From positions 21,766 to 85,765 of the forward strand of contig CAYOEM010000003.1 of assembly GCA_964402975.1 (NCBI GenBank): a stretch of DNA of 64,000 nucleotides. The letters run 5' to 3'. The notes below the pieces were generated by a model that had not been told where the DNA came from, ran no database searches, and worked only from the letters and a program-made list of their open reading frames with translations. Both the position numbers and the translations under genes were made by a program. The stretch comes from an uncultured Polynucleobacter sp. (GTDB lineage Bacteria; Bdellovibrionota_B; Oligoflexia; Oligoflexales; RGVZ01). This document shows, piece by piece, positions 11,120-18,450 of the stretch (positions within the stretch are counted from its first letter, which is position 1; every line of letters starts with the position of its first letter).

Positions 11120-12001
11120 TCAGCTAGTTGCGTCGTTTCGGGGAAACCCATGCTGGCGGTGGTATTCGCCCAAAATGAGGGCTGCCGCAACCCCCACGTT
11201 GAGGCTATCAACGGCTCCCGATCCTGGTATGGAGATAAGACCCTGGGAGTTTTTTCTGGCGTCAGCGGAAAGCCCCTTGGCCTCATTGCCGAATACGATA
11301 GCGGTTCGCTTGGGAAGTAAGCCTGCATCCCCTTTATCGTATAATTTTACTCTGCCTTGCATGGCGGTACCCAGAACCCTGACGTCGCGATGGCGTAGTT
11401 CTGCGGCAATAACGTTGAATGACGGCGCACACATTATTTCTACGCTCTCTCCGCCCCCTTCCGCCGTTCTCATGAGCGCGGCTGACGGTTTGTAGGTTTT
11501 TTCGCCGGGCAGAATGATAAATCGACAACCAAAGTTTGCGGCACTGCGTACAATCGCGCCTACATTATGGGGATTTTCCACATCTTCAAGAATGAGGGCT
11601 AAAAGAGGCCCATCTGGATCCTGCTCCAGCATGCGAAGAAACCCGTCCCAACCTAATGGAGGTTTTCGCTTAGCCAAAATACAAATACCTTCATGATGGC
11701 TACTGCCCGCGATTTTATCGAGATCAGCGGCTGATACGATATGGTAAGCCTTTCGTCGACGTGCGCATGATTTGATGAGTTCCACGCAGCGCTCGGCCCT
11801 GGTCTCGACCAAGTAAACCCTAATGATGTCTTCGGCCCTGGTTTCATAGAGCTTCATACAGGCGTTGAACCCACAAAGTTTTATCTCGTCTGGGCTGCCC
11901 TTGCCGCGGTTGGCTTCCTGGAAACCCCCGACTGGAGGGCGGGGCCGCTTTAAATCCGTGGGGGTAGAACGCTTCTTGGGTGGTTGCCTTTGTGTGCTCA
12001 T
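11120..12001 (-). CDS. TrmH/SpoU-family RNA 2'-O-methyltransferase (RlmB-like) with a basic N-terminal extension
   Basis: SpoU motifs are present: LEDVENPHNVGAIVRSA, FGNEAKGLS and IPGSGAVDSLNVGVAAAL. The N-terminus is Pro/Lys/Arg-rich. Confidence 0.85.
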   Translation of the reverse strand: MSTQRQPPKKRSTPTDLKRPRPPVGGFQEANRGKGSPDEIKLCGFNACMKLYETRAEDIIRVYLVETRAERCVELIKSCARRRKAYHIVSAADLDKIAGSSHHEGICILAKRKPPLGWDGFLRMLEQDPDGPLLALILEDVENPHNVGAIVRSAANFGCRFIILPGEKTYKPSAALMRTAEGGGESVEIMCAPSFNVIAAELRHRDVRVLGTAMQGRVKLYDKGDAGLLPKRTAIVFGNEAKGLSADARKNSQGLISIPGSGAVDSLNVGVAAALILGEYHRQHGFPRNDATS

Positions 12002-12212
12002 GGCGATCCTCGGCTATGCCAACGTAAAAATGGAGGCTTGTAGTCCTCCGGCGGTAGATACATCGTTTTGAAATAGCCCTCAATCGTTTTTATAGTATTT
12101 AAAGGGTTTTTTAATTGAATTAAGCAAAAGCTCTTGCTATACGGGGGCTCCCGGAAAAGAGCCAAGGCTTCTCAATGCCTGTCTCTACCTGGTCCTTAGA
12201 GGAGGGCCTGTT

Positions 12213-13385
12213 ATGGCAAGTCTACCGATCGTTCGTATGAAAACTCCGAAAAAATTCTCCCATCCCTGGGTCTTTCAGAAGATGGTGGAGCGTGCCACGG
12301 GCGATTCAAGGCCAAAGAATGGCAGTGTCGTAGACTTGGTCAATCCCGACGGAGCGTGGGTGGGGCGTGGGTTGTACAACGGTCACTCCCGAATCGCCGT
12401 CCGTATTCTTACCGAGAATGACCATGAGGATATCAACGAAGATTTTTTTCTCGACCGCTTTCGAAGGGCGTTGCAACTAAGAAAAGATATTCTGAAATTA
12501 GATGCTGTCACGGATGCCTACCGTATAGTTCATTCCGAGGCTGATGGGTTGAGTGGTTTAGTTATCGACCGATTTGGGGATCTCATCGTCATCGAATATT
12601 TTTCAAGTGGTATGTATCGATTACATAAGACCATCGAGGCTGCATTAAGACGCTTCTTTCCGCAGGCACATTTTTACTTCTTCGCCGAAGAGCATGTGCA
12701 GAAGCAGGAATCGATTGATATTCGAAGTCCTGCCAAGCCTGAGCCTGTCATCATCCACGAGCATGGACTGAAGTTCCAGGTGGCTCCAGGGTCGAAACAC
12801 AAGACAGGATTTTTTTGCGACCAACGAGACAATCGTAAGCTCTTGACGGAGTTAAGTCGAGGTGGGCGAGTCCTGGACATTTGTTGTAATAGCGGCGGAT
12901 TCGCTATTTATGCCAAAGCTCTTGCCAAAGCGAGTGAGGTCGTCGGCCTAGATCTTGACGAGGATGTCATTGAACTCGCTAAGAAGAATGCTGCACTCAA
13001 TCAAGCTGACATCAGATTTGTACATGCTGATTTATTCCCATGGACGCGTGAGGCAGCACAAAAAAAACAGACGTGGGACACAGTAATTTTGGATCCGGCG
13101 AAGCAAACTAGAAGTAAAGAGGATGTTTCGACTGCGCTTAAAAAATATTGTGACATGAACCGACAAGCTCTTAGCGTGGTAAAACCCGGTGGTCTTTTTG
13201 TTACATTCTCCTGTACCGGCCTTGTCAGTGAGGATGAATTTTTGGAGTCTGTGCGACGTGGTGCGTTTCAGGCGCAGAGGCAGGTTCAGATTTTTAAAGT
13301 CACAGGTGCTGCGAGTGATCATCCGCACTTGGTTAATGTGCCAGAAAGTCGTTACCTAAAAGCATTATGGGCCAGAGTTTGGTGA
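12213..13385 (+). CDS. rlmI: PUA-domain class I SAM-dependent rRNA (cytosine-C5) methyltransferase, RlmI-like
   Basis: HPWVF, YRIVHSEADGLSGLVIDRFG, HKTGFFCDQRDNR and ILDPAK follow the order and spelling I recall for E. coli RlmI. Confidence 0.8.
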   Translation: MASLPIVRMKTPKKFSHPWVFQKMVERATGDSRPKNGSVVDLVNPDGAWVGRGLYNGHSRIAVRILTENDHEDINEDFFLDRFRRALQLRKDILKLDAVTDAYRIVHSEADGLSGLVIDRFGDLIVIEYFSSGMYRLHKTIEAALRRFFPQAHFYFFAEEHVQKQESIDIRSPAKPEPVIIHEHGLKFQVAPGSKHKTGFFCDQRDNRKLLTELSRGGRVLDICCNSGGFAIYAKALAKASEVVGLDLDEDVIELAKKNAALNQADIRFVHADLFPWTREAAQKKQTWDTVILDPAKQTRSKEDVSTALKKYCDMNRQALSVVKPGGLFVTFSCTGLVSEDEFLESVRRGAFQAQRQVQIFKVTGAASDHPHLVNVPESRYLKALWARVW

Positions 13386-13388
13386 CGA

Positions 13389-14156
13389 ATGCCAGTACAA
13401 ATCGCGTCGACGGGCGTAGAAGATCATCCGCTAGCTGAGCTTACATACGTGACCGAAACCGCTGCGTGGCGAGTCGCGGGAGAGAATCTTCAACTCACAA
13501 CGTTGAAAAATGTGGAGGCATCGATCGACCAAGTTATTGACTGGCTCGATATGAAAGGTTACGCGCCAGATCAAATAGAAAACTTAGCCCCATATTTTGG
13601 CGTAGTTTGGCCGGCTTCTCTAGCTCTTTGCGCATATTTGGACCAAGCTGACATCAAGCGCCGAATTCGTGGTCGTTCTGTGGTTGAGCTTGGATGTGGT
13701 CTTGGATTGCCCGCAATGATTTGTAGCCGAGCTGGCGGTGATTGTACTGTGGTGGACAGCCATCCAAGTGTGCCGTCTTTTTTGCGATTAAACGTCTCTC
13801 AAAATGAGCCCTTGAATCTAATATTTGAGTCACCGGAAGATCTTGTCGCAGAATGTAAAACAAAAGGTAAAGTTTTCGATTGGGTGATTGCAAGTGACGT
13901 TCTTTATGATCGTTCCATGGCAGCTGGTTTTGCCGATATCATCTCTGTGATAGCTAGCTCGGATGCCACATGTGTTGTTACCGATCCCGGTCGAGCCTAC
14001 GTTAACGAGTTCGTGAGCGCCATGCGGGCGCAAGGTTGGGCGGACGATTTCGTTGTCTGGTCGGTACCCGCCGGTTCTAGCCCTAGAGGCAAAGAGACCG
14101 ACGTCTTCGTCATGGTATTTCGACGTAATAAAAACCAAGAACAAAGTAGCAGATAA
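13389..14156 (+). CDS. Class I SAM-dependent methyltransferase (Methyltransf_16 / protein-lysine MTase-like)
   Basis: VVELGCGLGLPAMI SAM-binding motif, and DWVIASDVLYD (post-II motif). Starts 3 nt after the rlmI-like stop. Confidence 0.75.
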   Translation: MPVQIASTGVEDHPLAELTYVTETAAWRVAGENLQLTTLKNVEASIDQVIDWLDMKGYAPDQIENLAPYFGVVWPASLALCAYLDQADIKRRIRGRSVVELGCGLGLPAMICSRAGGDCTVVDSHPSVPSFLRLNVSQNEPLNLIFESPEDLVAECKTKGKVFDWVIASDVLYDRSMAAGFADIISVIASSDATCVVTDPGRAYVNEFVSAMRAQGWADDFVVWSVPAGSSPRGKETDVFVMVFRRNKNQEQSSR

Positions 14157-14170
14157 TTTTTTAAGGAAAC

Positions 14171-14247
14171 TGGTGGGGAAGCACAGACTCGAACTGTGGA
14201 CTTCCTGCTTGTAAGGCAGGCGCTCTAACCAACTGAGCTACATCCCC
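14171..14247 (-). tRNA. tRNA-Val (anticodon UAC)
   Basis: The reverse complement reads GGGGATG-TA-GCTC-AGTTGGTTA-GAGC-G-CCTGC-CTTACAA-GCAGG-AAGTC-CACAG-TTCGAGT-CTGTG-CTTCCCC-A-CCA. There is one U-U mismatch in the acceptor stem, and CCA is encoded. Confidence 0.9.
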
Positions 14248-14262
14248 TTTTAGGAAGGCCCT

Positions 14263-14291
14263 GTTATCGCAGCCGAAAGCTGGTTTGTCAA
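14263..14291 (-). promoter_or_regulatory. Putative sigma70-type promoter of tRNA-Val(UAC)
   Basis: On the minus strand: TTGACA (14291-14286), a 17-nt spacer, then GATAAC (14268-14263). It ends about 15 nt before the mature tRNA 5' end. Confidence 0.4.
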
Positions 14292-14330
14292 CTCTTTAAG
14301 GGGGGTGGCAGGTGTTGCGCTTGATGGTTA

Positions 14331-14358
14331 TTGGCATTAAATAAATCAATAATATCAT
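14331..14358 (+). promoter_or_regulatory. Putative sigma70-type promoter facing the ORF-free interval
   Basis: TTGGCA (14331-14336), a 16-nt AT-rich spacer, then TATCAT (14353-14358). It is divergent from the tRNA promoter. Confidence 0.35.
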
Positions 14359-14364
14359 CTATTT

Positions 14365-14726
14365 AAAAAAATTATTACGGTCCCGTGACGCGGCGCCGAC
14401 TGAGTTTTTAAGCTCGGAAATGATGCCTCGGTGGTCGAGAGTCAGGGTTTCGAGTTGGGAGGGGCGCTTCATGCTTGTTGGTTGTACAGCAGAGCACGCC
14501 GCGGAGATGACCGTGGCGACCGTAATGCTTGATTTTAGGGCTCATCCAGAGACCGCTGGTCCTGTTAGCTGACGACATCTTCTCGAAGGTGTGTGGATAC
14601 TGGCTGGCAAAGTCTAGAGTTGCCGGCTGCGAGGAGAGTCGGACGCGTGAGTGAGGTGGTGTAGCACCGCAACGTGTCGCAAAGGAGAATTCAAACGCGG
14701 CCCCGAGGAGAGGGCCGCTTTTTTTT
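14365..14726 (+). ncRNA. Candidate structured non-coding RNA of unknown family (about 360 nt), bounded by a promoter and an intrinsic terminator
   Basis: No credible ORF; the best is 50 codons at 14420-14572 with no SD. GC-rich hairpins lie at 14497-14518, 14604-14626 and 14642-14678, with a strong terminator at the 3' end. No RNase P, tmRNA or SRP core motifs were recognised. Confidence 0.3.
14697..14726 (+). terminator. Rho-independent terminator (plus-strand orientation; may also serve thiQ on the minus strand)
   Basis: GCGGCCC-(8-nt loop)-GGGCCGC followed by T8 (14719-14726). The thiQ stop codon (14725-14727) abuts it, but on the minus strand only a weak GTTT tract follows the stem. Confidence 0.8.
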
Positions 14727-15687
14727 ATTCACTTACGTGGATAGCCAATCGCCGGTCAAACCATACCACATCATCGAATTCAGCGCTGTGTTCAAGTGTT
14801 ACGTCATTGGCGTCTTCAAGATCAATAATTCTCATCAGCCCGCCTATGTTTGTTTTCTGCGGCGCCTTGAATTTGTGACTCGCTAAAAAATTATCTGGTA
14901 TCTGTTTAGCTTGGCTTAGTGAAGTAAATAGATGGCCGGCCGCAATAAACATGCCGCTTCCATTTAGATCCGTCACGAGTCCTGATCGGAGAAGTCTAGC
15001 TGAACGTGCCGACTTTGGCCTAGTCAGTGCTTCATGTAAGGGCGCATGTTCTATCACAGATCCTTGATCGAGGACCGTAATATCCGTAGCAATCGTAAAA
15101 ATATCATCAAAGTCGTGAGTAATCAGGATGATGCCAGATAGTGTCTGCCTCATCCAAGATTGCAACCAACCAAGAATTTGAAGTCTGGTGGGCCGATCTA
15201 CAGCCGCAAAAGGCTCATCCAGGATAAGCCAACGGCAAGGACGTAGGACTGCTCGCGCCAAATTACAGCGTGAGAGCTGACCGCCTGACAATTGCGATGG
15301 CAGTCGATCTAACAAGGATCGATCAATACGAAGAGACGTTAGTACGTCGTTGATGCGCTCTGCAGTGGCCTTTTTAGATATTCCGCTGTCGTGCATGGCA
15401 AGACTAAGATTTTCAGCAACTGTGATACTAGGAAAAAGGCTGTCGCTTTGACCCATGAAGCTTATGGTGCGCTTATGGGGAGGGAGTGCGCAGATGCTGT
15501 TGTCGTCGATGAGAATATCGCCTTGTTGCGGCGTAAGAAAACCCACGGCTAAATTGACCAGTGTTGACTTCCCCGCTCCGCTTGGCCCACACAATACGTA
15601 GCATCGCCCGGATTCAAACTCTAAGTTATACTGAGCGGACCATGTCGTGGTCGCGTATTTTAGATTTTGAAATTTCATTTTAGGCAT
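14725..15687 (-). CDS. thiQ: Thiamine ABC transporter ATP-binding protein with a C-terminal extension of about 90 aa
   Basis: Walker A GPSGAGKST, signature LSGGQ and Walker B LILDEP. The preferred start is MPKMKF (ATG at 15687), which overlaps the thiP stop by 8 nt. The longer ORF to 15771 lies inside thiP. Confidence 0.85.
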   Translation of the reverse strand: MPKMKFQNLKYATTTWSAQYNLEFESGRCYVLCGPSGAGKSTLVNLAVGFLTPQQGDILIDDNSICALPPHKRTISFMGQSDSLFPSITVAENLSLAMHDSGISKKATAERINDVLTSLRIDRSLLDRLPSQLSGGQLSRCNLARAVLRPCRWLILDEPFAAVDRPTRLQILGWLQSWMRQTLSGIILITHDFDDIFTIATDITVLDQGSVIEHAPLHEALTRPKSARSARLLRSGLVTDLNGSGMFIAAGHLFTSLSQAKQIPDNFLASHKFKAPQKTNIGGLMRIIDLEDANDVTLEHSAEFDDVVWFDRRLAIHVSE

Positions 15688-17317
15688 GATCAAGCCCTTC
15701 TGACTTGTAAAAATAATAAACAATAACCACTGTTGCAAACATAAGAGCACATGCAATAACCGCCGATTCATTAAATCGATACTGATTCATGAGACGCATC
15801 ATCGTCGTGGTTAGGGCGGGTGTCGAGGGATCGCCAAGCATCGTAACCAGTGATGTTTCATTGAGGCACAGGGCAGCTGATATTGAGAATACCATCGCAA
15901 GGGGTGTGCGTAGGGTCTTCCATTCTATCTTTTTAATGAATGTCCATTCTGTCAAACCAAGAATCAATCTTGATTGATTTGTTCCCGAAAAACGAGATTC
16001 ATAAGATGGCAATAGAACTGAAATCGCGAAAGGAAGGGTTATGGCAGCCAAAGCGGGGGCTATCAAGAGAGAGTGTGAGGTGACTAAATCTGCTCTTGAT
16101 TGAAGCACCATGATGCCGAAGGCTAAAGCCATCGGGGGTACAATGACGCTGGTGAGGGCTAGTGCTTGTAACCCTGTGGCCATTCTGTAGCGTTTTTCGT
16201 ATAGATATCTGCAGTAAGCCCTGACAATAGCCCACGCAGAAAGCGTCGTTATAATGGCTGCGGGTATCATGAATCCCAACGATGTTACTGCGGCTGATTC
16301 GATTCCCTGCAAACGTTCACTTATGTTTTCTTGCCATGTGAATCCAAGTGCCTCTGCGCAGACGGCAGCTAGTGGAGACAATGTTAAAAAATCAAGAACG
16401 ACGGAAAAACCTGCCATTACCATGGCGAGGATACGGAATTGCTTGAGCGTCTTGCGTACATAACTTAGTTGGAACGAAAAGTTGCCGTGGGTACCTTTTT
16501 TATTTGCTGATGCAGAATGAGATTTGATTATTAGAAACGCAAAAAATCCACAGATCACTGTATGGATTACCGATAAAAGTCCCCCCTGATTCCAGTCAGC
16601 GTCATAGTAAACGGCCTGGTATAGAGCGAGCTCGATGGTTTCGGATTGAGGGCCACTTCCAAGAATACTCAGAGCACCAAAGGAACCCATGCTTAACAAA
16701 AACGAGAGACCGGCAAAGTAGACAGCTACTGGTTTGATCACTGGCCAAAGTAAAGAATTAAAGACTTGAGCAGGATTCAGTCCGAGCAGGGACGCTGATT
16801 CGTGTTGCGCAGATGGTATCTCTAGAAGCCGCTTAAAAATAATTCCGGAACAAAATGGCACATTCATCAGTGCATTGGCCAAAACTATCGCATAAGGCGA
16901 GTAAATTATATCTGAAATCGGGTTGTCTAATCTCAGATGCAAAAGTATCTTTGAAAATAAACCTGCACGCCCCCACGCAAGGATTAATCCGCTTGCTACC
17001 ACGATTGACGGCACGCAAAATGACGCGATTCGAAGGGTTAACGAGAACTTTCGGTAGGTTTGCGGAAATAAAAAAAGTCCGAAAGCGCAAAGTGGGCCAA
17101 AAATACATACAATCGCGGCCGTGGAAAATGCCTGTAATACAGTAAACGCTAGGCTGTTTTTGACGGCATCGTCGTTAAGTCTTTTGAGCAAATCCGCCAC
17201 AGATGTATCAGAGATAAGAATGTTAAGAGCGTAGATTAAGGGTAGTATCGAGATCGAGGCGAGGATTATGGCCACAGAAAAACTAGTTAAAGAATGTCTT
17301 GATTTCCAATAGGTCAT
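15680..17317 (-). CDS. thiP: Thiamine ABC transporter permease (duplicated two-domain type)
   Basis: About 545 aa, polytopic, with two permease halves as in ThiP. It sits between thiB and thiQ. The start MTYWKS gives an ATGA overlap with the thiB stop. Confidence 0.85.
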   Translation of the reverse strand: MTYWKSRHSLTSFSVAIILASISILPLIYALNILISDTSVADLLKRLNDDAVKNSLAFTVLQAFSTAAIVCIFGPLCAFGLFLFPQTYRKFSLTLRIASFCVPSIVVASGLILAWGRAGLFSKILLHLRLDNPISDIIYSPYAIVLANALMNVPFCSGIIFKRLLEIPSAQHESASLLGLNPAQVFNSLLWPVIKPVAVYFAGLSFLLSMGSFGALSILGSGPQSETIELALYQAVYYDADWNQGGLLSVIHTVICGFFAFLIIKSHSASANKKGTHGNFSFQLSYVRKTLKQFRILAMVMAGFSVVLDFLTLSPLAAVCAEALGFTWQENISERLQGIESAAVTSLGFMIPAAIITTLSAWAIVRAYCRYLYEKRYRMATGLQALALTSVIVPPMALAFGIMVLQSRADLVTSHSLLIAPALAAITLPFAISVLLPSYESRFSGTNQSRLILGLTEWTFIKKIEWKTLRTPLAMVFSISAALCLNETSLVTMLGDPSTPALTTTMMRLMNQYRFNESAVIACALMFATVVIVYYFYKSEGLDHA

Positions 17318-18339
17318 TTTCTGAAGGCTTTTTCCCACTGTTCAGTCCAAGCGCGACGATTTTTATTAATCTCGGACGGAGCGATGTTTAAAACTTTAGT
17401 CGGCTTTTGAATTGTGGAGAAAGCGGTGGGAAGCCCTTTTATAACCTCGTTGACTGGATACATCCAGTTCATTGAAGCGATAATCTGCTGCGACTTCTCT
17501 CGAAGCATGAACTCCAGGAAATACTTTGCCAGGTCCTTGTTTTTTGAGTTTTTCAGAATGCCGGCGCTCTCCACCACAGCGTAGTGTCCTTCTGGAAAAA
17601 TAAGCGATTGAAAACGAGATGTTTTTTCGACCTCACGGTGATATGCCTCGCTGGTTGAATAGGATAGAACAAAAGGGGCTTCGCCTTTGGTGAATAGGCT
17701 ATAAGACTCGGACCAGCCTTTACCAACCTTGAGTGTCTGTTGCCGAAGTTTTGACAGGGCGTTCTCGTATCCGTCTCCATAAACCGACTTTAGCCAAAAG
17801 AGAAGCCCCAGACCGGTTGCGGATGATCTGGGATCCTGAATCAAAATTGATTTCGCAAAATCGTCTGACGTAAGTAGATCTTCGAGAGATTTAGGTCTCC
17901 TATAAAGTTTGCCATTTTTTTGACGAGATTCCGTATCGAGCATAAAGGTGTAAAATCCGAAATCGTAGGGCACGAATCTAGACGATGGATTGTGAAATTT
18001 ATCGATTGAACTAAATTTCGCCTTTATACCGCTGTCGGTGAATAGTCCGAGAGAATCGGCAGCCAAGGCTATCGAGTCGTCAAGCCCGATCACTAGGTCA
18101 GCCTTCGAGCGCGAGCCGTCAATCTTAAGCCGAGCTAGTATGGCTGCTCCATCAGATGCTGCGATCCATTTAATTTTACAGTTACATTGGCTTTCGAAGT
18201 CTTTCTTCAAGGTGGGGCCCGGACCCCATTCAGAAATAAACGAGTCATTGGTATAGATGACTAGTTCTTTTGTCTTCTGCGCCAAGCTTTGTGAGCTTAC
18301 GAATAAAATAGCCAGCGTTAGATGATTGATTTTAAGCAT
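17314..18339 (-). CDS. thiB: Thiamine/TPP-binding periplasmic protein
   Basis: Signal peptide, then colinear similarity to E. coli TbpA as I recall it: YTNDSF..EWGPGP..K.FE..CNC, SKADLVIGLD, FVPYDFG.., QDPRSS.TGLGLL.W...VYGD, KGWSE.Y.LF.KGE...VLSY.TS.AYH, NWMYPV. Confidence 0.9.
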   Translation of the reverse strand: MLKINHLTLAILFVSSQSLAQKTKELVIYTNDSFISEWGPGPTLKKDFESQCNCKIKWIAASDGAAILARLKIDGSRSKADLVIGLDDSIALAADSLGLFTDSGIKAKFSSIDKFHNPSSRFVPYDFGFYTFMLDTESRQKNGKLYRRPKSLEDLLTSDDFAKSILIQDPRSSATGLGLLFWLKSVYGDGYENALSKLRQQTLKVGKGWSESYSLFTKGEAPFVLSYSTSEAYHREVEKTSRFQSLIFPEGHYAVVESAGILKNSKNKDLAKYFLEFMLREKSQQIIASMNWMYPVNEVIKGLPTAFSTIQKPTKVLNIAPSEINKNRRAWTEQWEKAFRK

Positions 18340-18450
18340 ATTAAAATCGAATTCCTCGTTGCGATACCCTTATCAAGATGAAGGAAAAACCCGAAAAAGT
18401 AAACCTTTTCAGCTTATTCCTCAGGTTGTGCTTGTTTGAAGTAGGGTGTT

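Noticed and set aside
11020-11495. ORFs 11020-11328(-) and 11064-11495(+) next to or over tRNA-Val and the SpoU methyltransferase gene.
   Set aside because: They overlap a perfect tRNA cloverleaf and the well-supported methyltransferase frame, and have no recognisable motifs.
14420-14572. A 50-codon ATG ORF (MMPRWSRVRVSSWEGRFMLVGCTAEHAAEM...) inside the candidate ncRNA region.
   Set aside because: It has no Shine-Dalgarno and a Trp/Arg-rich composition typical of random GC-rich sequence. I kept it only as an alternative hypothesis under the ncRNA finding.
14300-14726. The ORF-free unit could be RNase P RNA, tmRNA, SRP RNA or 6S RNA.
   Set aside because: The universal RNase P blocks (GAGGAAAGTCC, ACAGAAnCCGGCTTA) are absent on both strands, as are the tmRNA tRNA-like ends and the SRP helix-8 GGAAGCAGCC core. 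6S RNA cannot be excluded by eye, so the family is left open.
14651-14886. Two overlapping + strand ORFs (75 and 70 aa) that read through the intrinsic terminator into thiQ antisense.
   Set aside because: They span a GC stem plus T8 terminator and lie antisense to the thiQ 3' end. GTG starts have no SD, and the sequences are implausible as proteins.
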